Shown here in pieces: positions 1 to 9,708 of a stretch of 64,000 bases of DNA. The stretch lies in assembly GCA_963733375.1 (NCBI GenBank), contig CAVTDB010000026.1:320001-384000 (forward strand), read 5' to 3'. This DNA comes from Nitrospirota bacterium. GTDB taxonomy: Bacteria > Nitrospirota > JACRHJ01. The notes beneath the pieces were generated by a model. It saw only the letters and a program-made list of their open reading frames with translations, was not told the origin of the DNA and did no database searches. Position 1 is the first letter of the stretch, and every line of letters begins with the position of its first letter. Position numbers and translations under genes: made by a program.

Positions 1-701
1 GGAAGATAAAGGCCCGCCTTGGCGTGGTCCCGCAGGAGAACAACCTGGACCCGGACCTCTCGGTCATAGAGAACCTCCGGGTCTATGCGAGGTACTTCGA
101 CATCCCGAAGGCGGAGGCCCAGAGGCGCGCGGAGTCCCTTTTGGAGATGATGTCGCTTTCGGATAAAAAGGACGAGAAAATAACCAAGCTCTCCGGCGGG
201 ATGAAAAGACGGCTGATGGTCGCGCGCGCGCTGATAAACGAATCGGACCTTATAATGCTGGACGAGCCGACTACGGGGCTCGACCCCCAGGCGAGGCACT
301 TGATCTGGCAGAAGCTCCGGGCATTGAAGCGCGAGGGGCGGACGATGGTCCTGACGACTCACTACATGGAAGAGGCGGCGCATCTGTGCGACAGGATCGT
401 GGTGATGGACCAGGGGAAAATACTCGCACTCGGAACGCCCGCGGAGCTTATCGATACTTACGCGAAGGGGAGCGTGGTCGAGCTGCCGATCCCGGCAGGG
501 GGCGTGGAAGAAGTCATTCAGGACCTGTCGGGCGCGGATTACGAATATGAAATATCGGGAGACACCCTTTTTATCAAAAGCGCGAAAAGCGACGAGGTCC
601 TTGCGAAGCTCACGCGGTTTATACAAGGCGGGTTCGTGCACAGGCAGGCTACGCTTGAGGATGTTTTTCTGAAGCTTACCGGGAGGGAGCTACGGGAGTG
701 A
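1..701 (+). CDS. ABC transporter ATP-binding protein (NodI/DrrA-like), 5' end outside window
   Basis: LSGGMKRR signature, LIMLDEPTTGLD Walker B, TTH switch. Frame is open to the window edge and Walker A lies upstream. Confidence 0.9.
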   Translation, partial: KIKARLGVVPQENNLDPDLSVIENLRVYARYFDIPKAEAQRRAESLLEMMSLSDKKDEKITKLSGGMKRRLMVARALINESDLIMLDEPTTGLDPQARHLIWQKLRALKREGRTMVLTTHYMEEAAHLCDRIVVMDQGKILALGTPAELIDTYAKGSVVELPIPAGGVEEVIQDLSGADYEYEISGDTLFIKSAKSDEVLAKLTRFIQGGFVHRQATLEDVFLKLTGRELRE

Positions 702-1480
702 ATGATTTTTTCTCGTGCCCGCAGGTCGGACGCCGCGCGTTCAAGGTCTGGCAAAGGAATAAGGACGCCTGGCTTAAGTTCTACAAGGCCAGCATGGTCG
801 GCAACCTCGCGGAACCGATTTTATTCCTGGTCGCTTTCGGCCTGGGGCTGGGCAAATTCATCAGGAACGTCGAGGGCGTCCCGTATATACAGTTCATAGC
901 GCCGGGCCTTGTAATCGCGGCCGCGATGAACGCGGCGTCTTTCGAGTGCACCTTCGGCTCCTTCACGAGGATGAGCACGCAAAAATCCTATGACGCGATC
1001 ATAGTTACTCCGGTAAACATCGACGAGGTCGCGGCGGGCGACATACTATGGGGCGCGACGAAGGGTTTTATCTCCGCGGCCGTGATGCTCCCCGTACTTA
1101 TGGCTTTCGGCCTGATGAGCTCTCCCTGGCTTATCCTCTCGCCCGTGCTGTACGTACTCATGAGCCTGATGTTCGCGTCGATGGCGCTTATCGTTACCGC
1201 GTTCGTACCGTCTTACGATTATTACGCGTATTATTTCAGCCTCGTCATATCGCCGATGTTCTTCTTCTCCGGCATATTCTTCCCGCTCTCGTCCATGCCG
1301 CCGTGGGTCCTGAAAATCGCGTGGTTTACCCCGCTGATACACGCGGTGAACGTGTCGCGCGCGCTTGCCACGGGACACCTGTACGTGGGCCTGGTCTGGG
1401 ACATTCTCTGGATGGTCGTCTTCACCTTCATCTGCTCCTGGACCGCGATTAAATTCATACGGAGAAGGCTTATCAAGTAA
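698..1480 (+). CDS. ABC-2 type permease (NodJ-like)
   Basis: About 6 hydrophobic segments, YIQFIAPGL and FFFSGIFFPL motifs, GTGA overlap with the ATPase gene. Confidence 0.9.
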   Translation: MNDFFSCPQVGRRAFKVWQRNKDAWLKFYKASMVGNLAEPILFLVAFGLGLGKFIRNVEGVPYIQFIAPGLVIAAAMNAASFECTFGSFTRMSTQKSYDAIIVTPVNIDEVAAGDILWGATKGFISAAVMLPVLMAFGLMSSPWLILSPVLYVLMSLMFASMALIVTAFVPSYDYYAYYFSLVISPMFFFSGIFFPLSSMPPWVLKIAWFTPLIHAVNVSRALATGHLYVGLVWDILWMVVFTFICSWTAIKFIRRRLIK

Positions 1481-1493
1481 TGAAGGGAGTCTT

Positions 1494-1733
1494 ATGAAGC
1501 GAAGAGACATGTTTTTTGCCGCCGTCATAATCGTGATAATAGTTTTTCTGGTTTACTTGAGCACAATCGGCAGAAAGGCTCCCGCGATACCCGGGGACGC
1601 GGCGCATGTAAAAATCACCGACCAGCGCGCATGCCTGGACTGTCACGCGCCGGGCAAGGTCAGTCCCTTAAAGCAGGACCACCCGCCGAAGGAAATGTGT
1701 TTCGAGTGCCATAAACGCGGCGGCAGCAGATGA
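1494..1733 (+). CDS. small membrane-anchored diheme c-type cytochrome (79 aa)
   Basis: N-terminal TM helix, two CxxCH motifs (CLDCH, CFECH), two further His as possible distal ligands. GGGAG RBS precedes ATG 1494. Confidence 0.8.
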   Translation: MKRRDMFFAAVIIVIIVFLVYLSTIGRKAPAIPGDAAHVKITDQRACLDCHAPGKVSPLKQDHPPKEMCFECHKRGGSR

Positions 1734-1736
1734 TTT

Positions 1737-1765
1737 TTGACACTGACATTACGCGGTGATACGAT
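1737..1765 (+). promoter_or_regulatory. sigma70-type promoter
   Basis: TTGACA (1737-1742), 17 bp spacer, TGa-TACGAT (1760-1765), upstream of the MBL hydrolase gene. Confidence 0.55.
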
Positions 1766-1782
1766 ATAAAAAGGATTATCAC

Positions 1783-1815
1783 CCTCTCCCCGTAGTGGGA
1801 GAGTGCAGGGAGAGG
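1783..1815. repeat. REP-like palindromic element
   Basis: cctctccccgtagtgggagagtgcagggagagg hairpin. Near-identical copy at 39659-39690. Confidence 0.6.
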
Positions 1816-1832
1816 TGGGAATGGAGGTTACG

Positions 1833-2454
1833 ATGATGCTTGACCAGATGAAATGGCTGGGCCACGACACTTTCAAGATAGAGTCGGGCGGCAAGGTTAT
1901 ATATACGGACCCGTTCCAGCTCAAGGAGGGACTGCCGAAGGCGGACCTTATCCTCATCACGCATGAGCATTACGACCACTGCTCGCCGGACGACGTAAAG
2001 AAGATAACAAAGGACGGCACGGTAATCGTCGCGCCGGGGGACTGCGAAGGGAAACTTACGGGAAACGTCCGGACGGTCAAACCGGGCGACAGGTTGACGG
2101 AGATGGGCGTGGATATAGAGGCCGTCGCGGCGTACAACACCAACAAACAGTTCCATCCCAAGTTCCAGAGCTGGGTCGGGTATATATTCACACGTGGAAG
2201 GCAAAAGGATATATCTGGCGGGCGATACCGACCGCATCCCGGAGATGAAAGGCTTCCGGTGCGACATCGCGCTCCTGCCGGTATCCGGGACATATGTAAT
2301 GACGGCGGAGGAGGCCGCGAAGGCCGCGGAGGACATAAACCCGGAGGTCGCGGTGCCGATGCATTATGCGTCGATTGTAGGCACCGAGGACGATGCGGAG
2401 AAGTTCAAAAAACTGTACAAGGGGAAGACGCACGTCTTCAAGAGGGCCGCATGA
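1833..2454 (+). CDS. MBL-fold metallo-hydrolase (indel near 2190)
   Basis: KWLGH, THEHYDH, YLAGDT and VPMHY motifs, split across ORFs 1803 and 2194. Confidence 0.85.
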
Positions 2455-3007
2455 ACCTGTATTACGCCTCGATAGACCTTCCCACCGGCCCCGCTTTCGC
2501 GGCGGCCACCGAGGATGGTCTTTGTAAACTGGACTTAAATCCGCCGTCGTTCGGAGAGTTCATGGAGGAGGTGGAGGCGGAGTTCGCATGAAGCCTGTCG
2601 AGGACGGACGGCCATTCCAGGCGCTCTGGCGTGAATTGAAATCATATTTTGCGGGTGAGCCGGTCTCATTCACCCAGAAGCTGGACCTGCGCGGGACGGA
2701 CTTTCAAAAGACTGTCTGGCGGGAACTCCTGAAAATTCCCTACGGCAACGTCCGCTCGTATAAGTGGCTCGCAGCTCAGGCCGGGAACCCGAACGCCGCG
2801 AGGGCGGTAGGAAACGCGCTGAACGGCAATAAAATCCCCGTAATCATCCCCTGTCATCGGATAATCGAGTCCTCGGGCGGTCTCGGCGGGTTCGGAGGCG
2901 GGATAGAGCTGAAGAAGAGGCTCCTTCAACTGGAAGGGGTCCTCCCGGCTTGTCATTCCGAGCGCAGCGAAAAGTCGCGGCGGCTTAGAATTTCTTTACC
3001 TGCCTGA
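2451..3007 (+). CDS. ogt: methylated-DNA--protein-cysteine methyltransferase (indel near 2587)
   Basis: GTDFQ..VW..L..IPYG, ARAVG and active-site IPCHRI. The N-terminal part lies in another frame from ATG 2451. Confidence 0.88.
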
Positions 3008-3440
3008 GCGCCTCATAGACCACTATCCCCACGCACGTGGAGAGGTTCAGGCTCCTGACTTCCCCGAACATAGGGATGGTCAGTGAAGACTCGGCGTGCG
3101 TTTTTAACAGTTCTTCCGGCAGGCCCCTGGTCTCCGGACCGAAAACCAGGGCGTCGCCGTCTTTATATTGCGCCTCGGTATAAGGCCTTGTCACCTTGGT
3201 GCTGAAGTAGAAGAAGCGGGAGCCGGGAAGCCCCTGGTAAACCTCGTCAAGCGAGTCGTGCACGGTGAGCTTCACGTGCGGCCAGTAGTCCAGCCCGGCG
3301 CGTTTTAGGTAGCGGTCCGAAAGAGAGAACCCGAGCGGCCCGACCAAGTGAAGATAGCAGTCCGCGGCGGCGGAGAGCCTGGCGATGTTCCCGGTGTTCC
3401 CTGCGATTTCAGGCTGATATAGTACGATGTGCAAAGGCAT
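2985..3440 (-). CDS. trmL: tRNA (cytidine34-2'-O)-methyltransferase
   Basis: IVLYQPEIAGNTGNIAR, RAGLDYW, FGPETRGLP and RSLNLS SPOUT motifs. Confidence 0.93.
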   Translation of the reverse strand: MPLHIVLYQPEIAGNTGNIARLSAAADCYLHLVGPLGFSLSDRYLKRAGLDYWPHVKLTVHDSLDEVYQGLPGSRFFYFSTKVTRPYTEAQYKDGDALVFGPETRGLPEELLKTHAESSLTIPMFGEVRSLNLSTCVGIVVYEALRQVKKF

Positions 3441-3458
3441 GGGGCAGTATAACATTTT

Positions 3459-4314
3459 ATGCGCGATATTAAAATACACCTGCTCCTTTTTGTCCTGACG
3501 GTCTTCTCGACGCTGATCGCCGGCTCGTATTTCATCGCTGAGTACGACCTCTTAAGCGAGTTCCCGAAGCACCTGCTGCATGGGCTTGCGGTAGGAGTCC
3601 CGTTCGCCATGCCGCTGATGCTGATACTCGGCGGGCACGAGATGGCGCACTACGTGAACTCGCGCCGGCACAAAGTCATTGCGACTCTTCCGTACTTCAT
3701 CCCGTTCCCGAACCTCTTCGGGACGCTGGGCGCGGTAATAAAGATGAAGTCGCGCATACGGGACAAGTCCGCGCTGATAGATATCGGAGCGTCCGGCCCC
3801 ATCGTCGGTTTCATCCTGTCGGTGGTCGTCTGCTCTATCGGGCTTTCCATGTCCCATATAGTACCGGCGCATCCTTCGTCTTCCGGCGAGACGGTCCTTG
3901 GCGGCTCTTTGCTGTATAACTTCCTGATGAGCATATTCATCAAGGGCGATTTCCACACGCATGCGGTGGACCTGCACCCGGTGGCTGTGGCAGGCTGGGT
4001 GGGGCTATTTGTAACGTCGATAAACCTGATGCCCGTCGGCCAGCTGGACGGCGGGCATATCTCCTACGCCTTCTTCCCCAAGAGGCACAGGCTTATTTCC
4101 AAAATCTTCGTCGTCGCCCTCATCGCACTGGGTTTTGTATTCCCCGGCTGGTTTATCTGGGGGATCCTGCTCCTTTTTCGTCCTCGGCACGAAGCACCCG
4201 CCGGTCGAGAACCCTTACGAGCCGCTGGACTGGAAAAGGAGAGCCATCGGAATTTTTTCATTCCTGATTTTCATCGCCACGTTCACGCCGGTGCCTATCG
4301 TCATAACGCCGTAA
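3459..4314 (+). CDS. site-2 protease family (M50) membrane metalloprotease (indel near 4175)
   Basis: HEMAH and NLMPVGQLDGGH motifs. The shifted frame gives a plausible hydrophobic C-terminus ending at TAA 4314. Confidence 0.88.
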
Positions 4315-4401
4315 ACATCATTTTCGCAGGCCGGAATGGAGATTGGAAAGTCCTGCCAACCAGCGGGTAGGCACTAAAGTCTTGACAGTGAGACCCCGGA
4401 T

Positions 4402-4806
4402 GTGATAAATACGGCTAGTCTAAACAACTCCGCCACTTCACTGCAGCCCCGTTTTATGACCATACAAAAGTATCAATGGCACCGGAAGGTAACGCTGGGA
4501 TGGCTTCGCATAGCGCTTGCCATGATGGTTGTAAGTTCACATTATAACCTATATGGCCACATCTTTAACGCTGCATATAAACAACTTCATTTCACCGGAA
4601 AAATAATCTTTGCCGGGGACGGATGCCTTGCGGTGAGAGGCTTTTTCGTGCTCAGCGGATTTCTCGTCTCCTATATCCTCGAAAAGCGCTACCCAAGTAA
4701 TTCCGTGCATGACTTTTTTCATTTCACACTTTCCAGATATTTACGGATATACCCCTTATTTTTGATATTGCTCTTTGTTTGCCTGACCACAATAGTCACG
4801 CCTTGA
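4402..4806 (+). pseudogene. truncated acyltransferase-3 (OafA-like) remnant
   Basis: LRIALAMMVVSSH, AVRGFFVLSGF and RYLRIYP motifs cover only the N-terminal third. No continuation before the next promoter. AT-richer than its neighbours. Confidence 0.65.
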
Positions 4807-4822
4807 TTTTTCTCTCTTTCTC

Positions 4823-4880
4823 TTGACATTCCCGGACTCACCTTGTTATTATACGTAAGCTATTTTACGTAAACTATTTT
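4823..4880 (+). promoter_or_regulatory. sigma70 promoter of the PKS operon plus candidate operator
   Basis: TTGACA 4823-4828 and extended -10 TGtTATTAT (4844-4852), followed by tandem 14-bp repeats tacgtaagctattt / tacgtaaactattt (4852-4879). Confidence 0.65.
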
Positions 4881-4917
4881 AAGCCGTAATATGAGCCTTC
4901 TCGAAAGGGGGAGTGGC

Positions 4918-5478
4918 GTGGCAGGCTTTAATACCACGATGTCGAAAGAGGTGCTTCTTCTGGGACTCCTGAAGAGGAAGCCCATGTACGGCTATGAGAT
5001 AAAGCAGCTCGTGGACGAGGAACTCGTCCATGTCGCGCCCATCACCTCCGGCTCGCTGTATCATAACCTCAAAATCCTGGAAAAACGCGGCCTTGTGACC
5101 AAGAGCGTCCTCAAGGACACCGCGCACCCCGAAAAGCAGATTTACCATATCACGGACGAGGGCGTCCGCACCTTCGACAGCCTCCTTCAGGAGAACATTA
5201 CGAACTTCGAGCGTCCGCACCTGGCGCTTGACATATCCTTCTATTTCTTAAGGGAATCGGATGCGGGGCAGTTCCTTGATCAGCTCCGGGAACTCAGGGT
5301 ACGGCTTAAGGAGTATCACGCTGAAGCGGAGAGGTTTAAGGACGAACTGGCATCGAAGGGCGCGCCGGAAAATATGCTTTTCATCCCCGCGCATTACCTC
5401 GCGCACTCGGAGGCGGAGATAAAGTTTCTGGAAGGAATAATCGGCAGACTTGAGGCCGGAAGGGAAGGGGCTGCATGA
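4918..5478 (+). CDS. PadR-family transcriptional regulator
   Basis: LLGLLKRKPMYGYEIK, SGSLYHNLKILEKRGLV and IYHITDEG winged-helix motifs. Start is GTG 4918 or ATG 4939. Confidence 0.9.
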   Translation: MAGFNTTMSKEVLLLGLLKRKPMYGYEIKQLVDEELVHVAPITSGSLYHNLKILEKRGLVTKSVLKDTAHPEKQIYHITDEGVRTFDSLLQENITNFERPHLALDISFYFLRESDAGQFLDQLRELRVRLKEYHAEAERFKDELASKGAPENMLFIPAHYLAHSEAEIKFLEGIIGRLEAGREGAA

Positions 5479-6884
5479 AGTTCGAACTGGCCTGCAACTG
5501 GGACCCGGCGCTCCTTGAAGGTCTTGAAGGCGCCCCGAAGGTGGAGCTGTTCGGCGGCATTCCCGGAAGCCTTATCGCGGGGGGCAGGGCGTCGTTCGTC
5601 GCCCCGGAAGTGACGGAAGCCGACGCCGAAAAATACATCGCCGCCGCACGCGAAGCCGGGCATTCTTTCAATTTCCTCCTGAACGCCTCCTGCCTCGATA
5701 ACAGGGAGTACAGAAAGGACGAGTTCGAGAAGATACTCCGCCATGTAGAATGGGTGCAGGCGACCTCCGCGGACTGGGTGACGGTCACAATCCCCTACCT
5801 CCTGCAGATAATCAAAAAACATTATCCGTCATTGAAGCTCGTCGTTTCTTCCTGGGCGAGGGTGGAGAGCGTACGGAAGGCCCAGTACTGGGAGGAGATG
5901 GGCGCGGACGCTATCGTTTTGTCCGAGGAGATAAACCGCGATTTTAAAACCCTGGCGGCCATTCGCAGGGCGGTAAAATGCAAGCTTATCCTCATCGCCA
6001 ACCCCGGCTGCCTGTACGGATGCCCGCGCTCTTTCTACCACGCGAACGTCATGACACACGGCTCCCAGGGCAATCATTCCTCCGAAGGCTTCCTGGTTGA
6101 CCACTGCTATTTCTCCTGCACGAAGGACAAGATAAAAAACCCGACGGAGCTGATAAAGATACGCTGGATACGCCCCGAGGACGTGGAAGATTACGAGATG
6201 ATCGGCATTGACTGCCTCAAGATTATAGACCGGTACAAGACCACCGGGACGCTGCTTTCCTACCTGAAGGCATATACCGGCGGGCGGTTTGACGGGAACC
6301 TGGTGGAGCTTTTGAACCTTCCCCGCAAGAAGGCGTTCCTGCCCGCGAATGTAAAGTATCTCCTGAGGGATGAATATATAAATACGTCTAAATTAATGGA
6401 GTTCGCGGACATCACGGATTACCCGGTGACGGAAGGTCTGGTCCTGGATAACTCGAGGGTCCCGTCGAACTTCTTAAGCTTCTTCAAGACCAAGGACTGC
6501 GCGACGAGCGACTGCGAAGAGTGCGGGTACTGCGCCCTGATTGCCAAGAGGGCGCTTACGGTGGACAAGGCGCTGACGGGGGAGGCGGCGGGGAGGTACG
6601 AGGCGCTTTTGGAGTCGCTCGTTTCCGGTGAGATTTACCGGGAAGAGCCGGAGCCGGCGGCTGGCGAATGGGACGCCGAAGCGGTGACGGCGCACAAAAA
6701 ACTCCTTGATTTCGTGCCCGCGGTTTTCCGTTCGACCGCCGGGAAAAAAGTGTCCGCGGAGGTAAATGTCTTAAGCGGCGGGAAAGTAGGCCCGGACGAT
6801 ATTTACGCCGCATGGCGGAGGGCGACGCCCGCGCCGTTTAAGAAGATGGTAGAGGACAAGATCGCGGAGCTGAAGAATTGCTGA
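5475..6884 (+). CDS. peptidase U32-family Fe-S protein with C-terminal DUF2621/PCP_red-like domain
   Basis: FNFLLNASC, EINRDF..L..IR, ANPGCLYGCP...H, WIRPEDV..Y, KI.DR. Extra CxxxxCxxCxxC motif, then a helical domain from W at 6669. Confidence 0.8.
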   Translation: MKFELACNWDPALLEGLEGAPKVELFGGIPGSLIAGGRASFVAPEVTEADAEKYIAAAREAGHSFNFLLNASCLDNREYRKDEFEKILRHVEWVQATSADWVTVTIPYLLQIIKKHYPSLKLVVSSWARVESVRKAQYWEEMGADAIVLSEEINRDFKTLAAIRRAVKCKLILIANPGCLYGCPRSFYHANVMTHGSQGNHSSEGFLVDHCYFSCTKDKIKNPTELIKIRWIRPEDVEDYEMIGIDCLKIIDRYKTTGTLLSYLKAYTGGRFDGNLVELLNLPRKKAFLPANVKYLLRDEYINTSKLMEFADITDYPVTEGLVLDNSRVPSNFLSFFKTKDCATSDCEECGYCALIAKRALTVDKALTGEAAGRYEALLESLVSGEIYREEPEPAAGEWDAEAVTAHKKLLDFVPAVFRSTAGKKVSAEVNVLSGGKVGPDDIYAAWRRATPAPFKKMVEDKIAELKNC

Positions 6885-7396
6885 ACCACCACTTCGTGGA
6901 GATAAAGGCGCCCTTGGAGAGGATATTCGAAGAAATCATCCTCTGGGGTGAAAGCAAGTGGTGGCCTGATGAATCGCCCATGAAGTACAGCCGCGAAGAA
7001 AAGGGAGAGATAAAGGTCGGCACAAGATTCCATCAGAAAGTGCATAGGCCGTTCGCGCCGGAATGGGACGTCGAGGTAACCTCCATCGTCCCCGGACGCG
7101 AGGTCTCGAGGAAATTCATCAACGGGATGTTCAGGGGCACGGACAAGGTATATATAATCCCCAACCGCGGGTTCAACGAGGTCCATTTCCTGATGGACTA
7201 CGAAATAGTCGGGAATTTAAACCGCATCTTGTGGGCGCGCGTTTACCGGCGGATGCATGACGATAATATAAAACTGATTCTGCGCGCGCTGAAGGCGAGC
7301 CTTGAGGGCGAGGAAGTCTCGAAGCAAGAGGATTGGCTTTCTCCTGAAGAGCAGGACAGGAGACGTTTCTTCAAATCATTAATAAGGAGACATTAG
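6878..7396 (+). CDS. SRPBCC/START-fold protein (polyketide cyclase 2-like)
   Basis: VEIKAPLERIF..W..WWP start, VGTRF, C-terminal helix. Overlaps the U32 gene. Confidence 0.7.
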   Translation: MLNHHFVEIKAPLERIFEEIILWGESKWWPDESPMKYSREEKGEIKVGTRFHQKVHRPFAPEWDVEVTSIVPGREVSRKFINGMFRGTDKVYIIPNRGFNEVHFLMDYEIVGNLNRILWARVYRRMHDDNIKLILRALKASLEGEEVSKQEDWLSPEEQDRRRFFKSLIRRH

Positions 7397-7639
7397 ATGG
7401 ACTGGGAGACTGGGGCGCGGACGAAATTTGAAAAAATGATATCTATGATCCCATTTTTTCAGCGGAAGATGGCGGAGAGACTGGCGGGGAAGAAGGCGGA
7501 AGAATACGCGCAGGAACGCGGCGCGGCGCAAGTCGAAGAGCACCATATAGTAGCCGCGTTGATTGCCGAGACCCCGGCGCCGTTTCAGAGCAGTATGCGG
7601 GACACGGCCAGGACCGCGGGATTCGATATGCCGTCGTAA
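7397..7639 (+). CDS. stand-alone DUF2621/PCP_red-like small helical protein
   Basis: W...A...FEK...IP...R..A...AE..A.ERG...V...ETPAPF, homologous to the C-termini of the U32 and radical SAM proteins. Confidence 0.75.
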   Translation: MDWETGARTKFEKMISMIPFFQRKMAERLAGKKAEEYAQERGAAQVEEHHIVAALIAETPAPFQSSMRDTARTAGFDMPS

Positions 7640-7755
7640 CTCTCCTTTTTGCCACTCCTTAAGAAGGGGCAGAGGAGGATGGATTTGGTCTTAAATATCA
7701 ATAAATTTTTTCCTTAATCCCCCTCTTGGGTTAAGAGGGGGACAGAGGGGGCGTT
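7640..7755. repeat. intergenic C/G-run palindromes (REP-like)
   Basis: ccccctctt-gggtt-aagaggggg hairpin at 7719-7741 and a weaker one near 7655-7669. Confidence 0.45.
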
Positions 7756-7758
7756 ACT

Positions 7759-9625
7759 ATAAATTCCCGGATTTTATATATAGATTTATCTTCCGGGACT
7801 TCCGAAATAAAGGACATTCCGGAAAGCCTCCTGCGCAAATATATCGGCGGGCGGGGGATAAACAGCGCGCTGCTCTTTGAGAATACAAAAAAAGGCCTGG
7901 ACCCTTTAAGCCCGGAGAACCCGTTGATATTCGGCGCCGGCCTGCTGACCGGAATGCCGGGGCCGTCCTCCGCGAGACTGACCATCACCGGCAAGAGCCC
8001 GGAGAGCGGTCTTTTAGGCGACGCGAATATCGGAGGAGAGTTCGGATGCGCTTTAGCCTCCACGGGCGTCAGGCATCTGTTCATCACGGGGAAAGCAAAG
8101 CGGCCCGTTTACCTGCTTATTAAAAAAAATGGCGACGGGACATCCGCCGAAATAAAGGAAGCGTCGCATATCTGGGGCATGGACACAGTTCGAAGCGCAG
8201 GAGGTTATAAAAGAGGAGCATGGCGATAATGCGCATGTCGCCTGCATAGGCCCGGCCGGCGAGAACCTTGTCCGCTTCGCCTGCGTCATGCACGGCAGAA
8301 AGAACGCCGCGGGCCGCACCGGGATGGGCTGTCTGATGGGGGCCAAAAATTTAAAAGCGGTTGTGGCGGTAGACGCCGGGAAGGTCAAGCCGCACGACCC
8401 GGACGGTTTCGCGGCCCTTACCCATGAAATAAATTCGAAGCTCCGGACGGAATTCCTTACGCAGGACTTGGCGCGCTTCGGGACGGCGCATCTATATAAC
8501 GTAATAAATACGAACATCGAGATGGGCCGGACATATAACGGCCTCTCGACGAAAATGAAAGAGCCGGGTGACCTTGGCCCGGAGACGCTGGAAGCCCGGT
8601 ATTATTCGGGCAAACGCGGCTGCAGGCACTGCGCGGTAGCGTGCAGGCACTCGTATAAGATAACCGAAGGAAAACATGCCGGGCTGACAGGCGAAGGCCC
8701 GGAATACGGCATCATGGGACATATGGGGCCGGTGCTCGGGATAAACTCCGCCGAGGCGGTGCTCATGTTGAACGACAGGCTTAACCGCCTCGGTATAGAC
8801 GCAAGCTCCGCCGGCAACATAATAGCGTGGGCGATAGAATTATATAAAGAGGGTTTTATCGGAGACGCCGAGACCGGCGGGATGAAGCTGGACTGGAACG
8901 ACCCGGAGACGGCCGCCTTGCTTCTGGACGATATTGCATACAGAAGAGGGTTTGGAGACGTCCTGGCGGACGGCGCATCGGAGGCGTCGGCTAAGTTCGG
9001 AGATGACTCGGCCGGGCGCATGATCTGGGTGAAGGGCCTTCCGCAGTCGGACCCGGTAGACCTCCGGTTCATCAAGGCGTTCGCCCTTGGCGTCTCCACC
9101 GCGACCCGCGGCGCGGACCACCTTCGAAGCCGCTGCCCCTGGGAGGCGTTCGAATTCGATAAGGAATTTCTGGCGGGAATTTATGGCGGGCCGGTGGAGC
9201 CGGACCCGCTGAAATATGGCGGCAAGGGCCGGGTGGTCTGGTGGTGGGAAAGCTATCTCGCGCTCTTCGACGCGCTGGGGCTGTGCAAGCTCCTGGCCTT
9301 CCACACCTTGCCGGAGCCGGGCGTATTCGGCTTCGATGTATTCAGCGACTTAGTCAGGACGGGCAGCGGGATGGAGATAACGCCGGAGGAGATATTCGCG
9401 GCGGGACACGCTGTAACGGACGTGGAGCGCAGGTTCATCTGCCGCGAGGGCGTGGGACGAAAAGACGATTACCCGCCCATGAGGTATTTCGAGCCGCTTA
9501 TATGGCAGGACGGGCTGGACGACGAATCGCGGACGATGAAGCTCGACCGGGTATTGTACGACGGTATGCTGGACGAGTATTACGCCTGCCACGGCTGGGA
9601 CGTGAAAACAGGAAAACCTTATTAA
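7759..9625 (+). CDS. aldehyde:ferredoxin oxidoreductase family (W/Mo-pterin) protein (indel near 8188)
   Basis: RILYIDLS, YIGGRG, LDPLSPENPLIFGAG, KSP, CIGPAGENLVRFA, GRTGMG..MGAKNLKA, CxxCxxxC, EGPEY, RGADH, DALGLC, MLDEYY..GWD. Confidence 0.9.
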
Positions 9626-9708
9626 CCACGGATTATGCGGGTCGGGCTGATTTTAAAACCTGAAAATAGTTCTAACATTTAATCGGCTGAATCTGGTTTT
9701 AGGAAAAT

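Noticed and set aside
1-1480. ABC-2 transporter as exporter of the polyketide
   Set aside because: Separated from the cluster by unrelated housekeeping genes and separate promoters; no evidence of linkage.
1803-2591. Apparent MBL hydrolase-Ogt N-terminus fusion in the ORF track
   Set aside because: Produced by an indel near 2190. The middle section is off-frame nonsense and the true C-terminus lies in ORF 2194..2454.
7640-7758. Moco/tungsten-cofactor riboswitch upstream of the AOR gene
   Set aside because: Only simple C/G-run hairpins are visible, with no recognisable Moco RNA consensus. An Rfam scan would be needed to exclude it formally.
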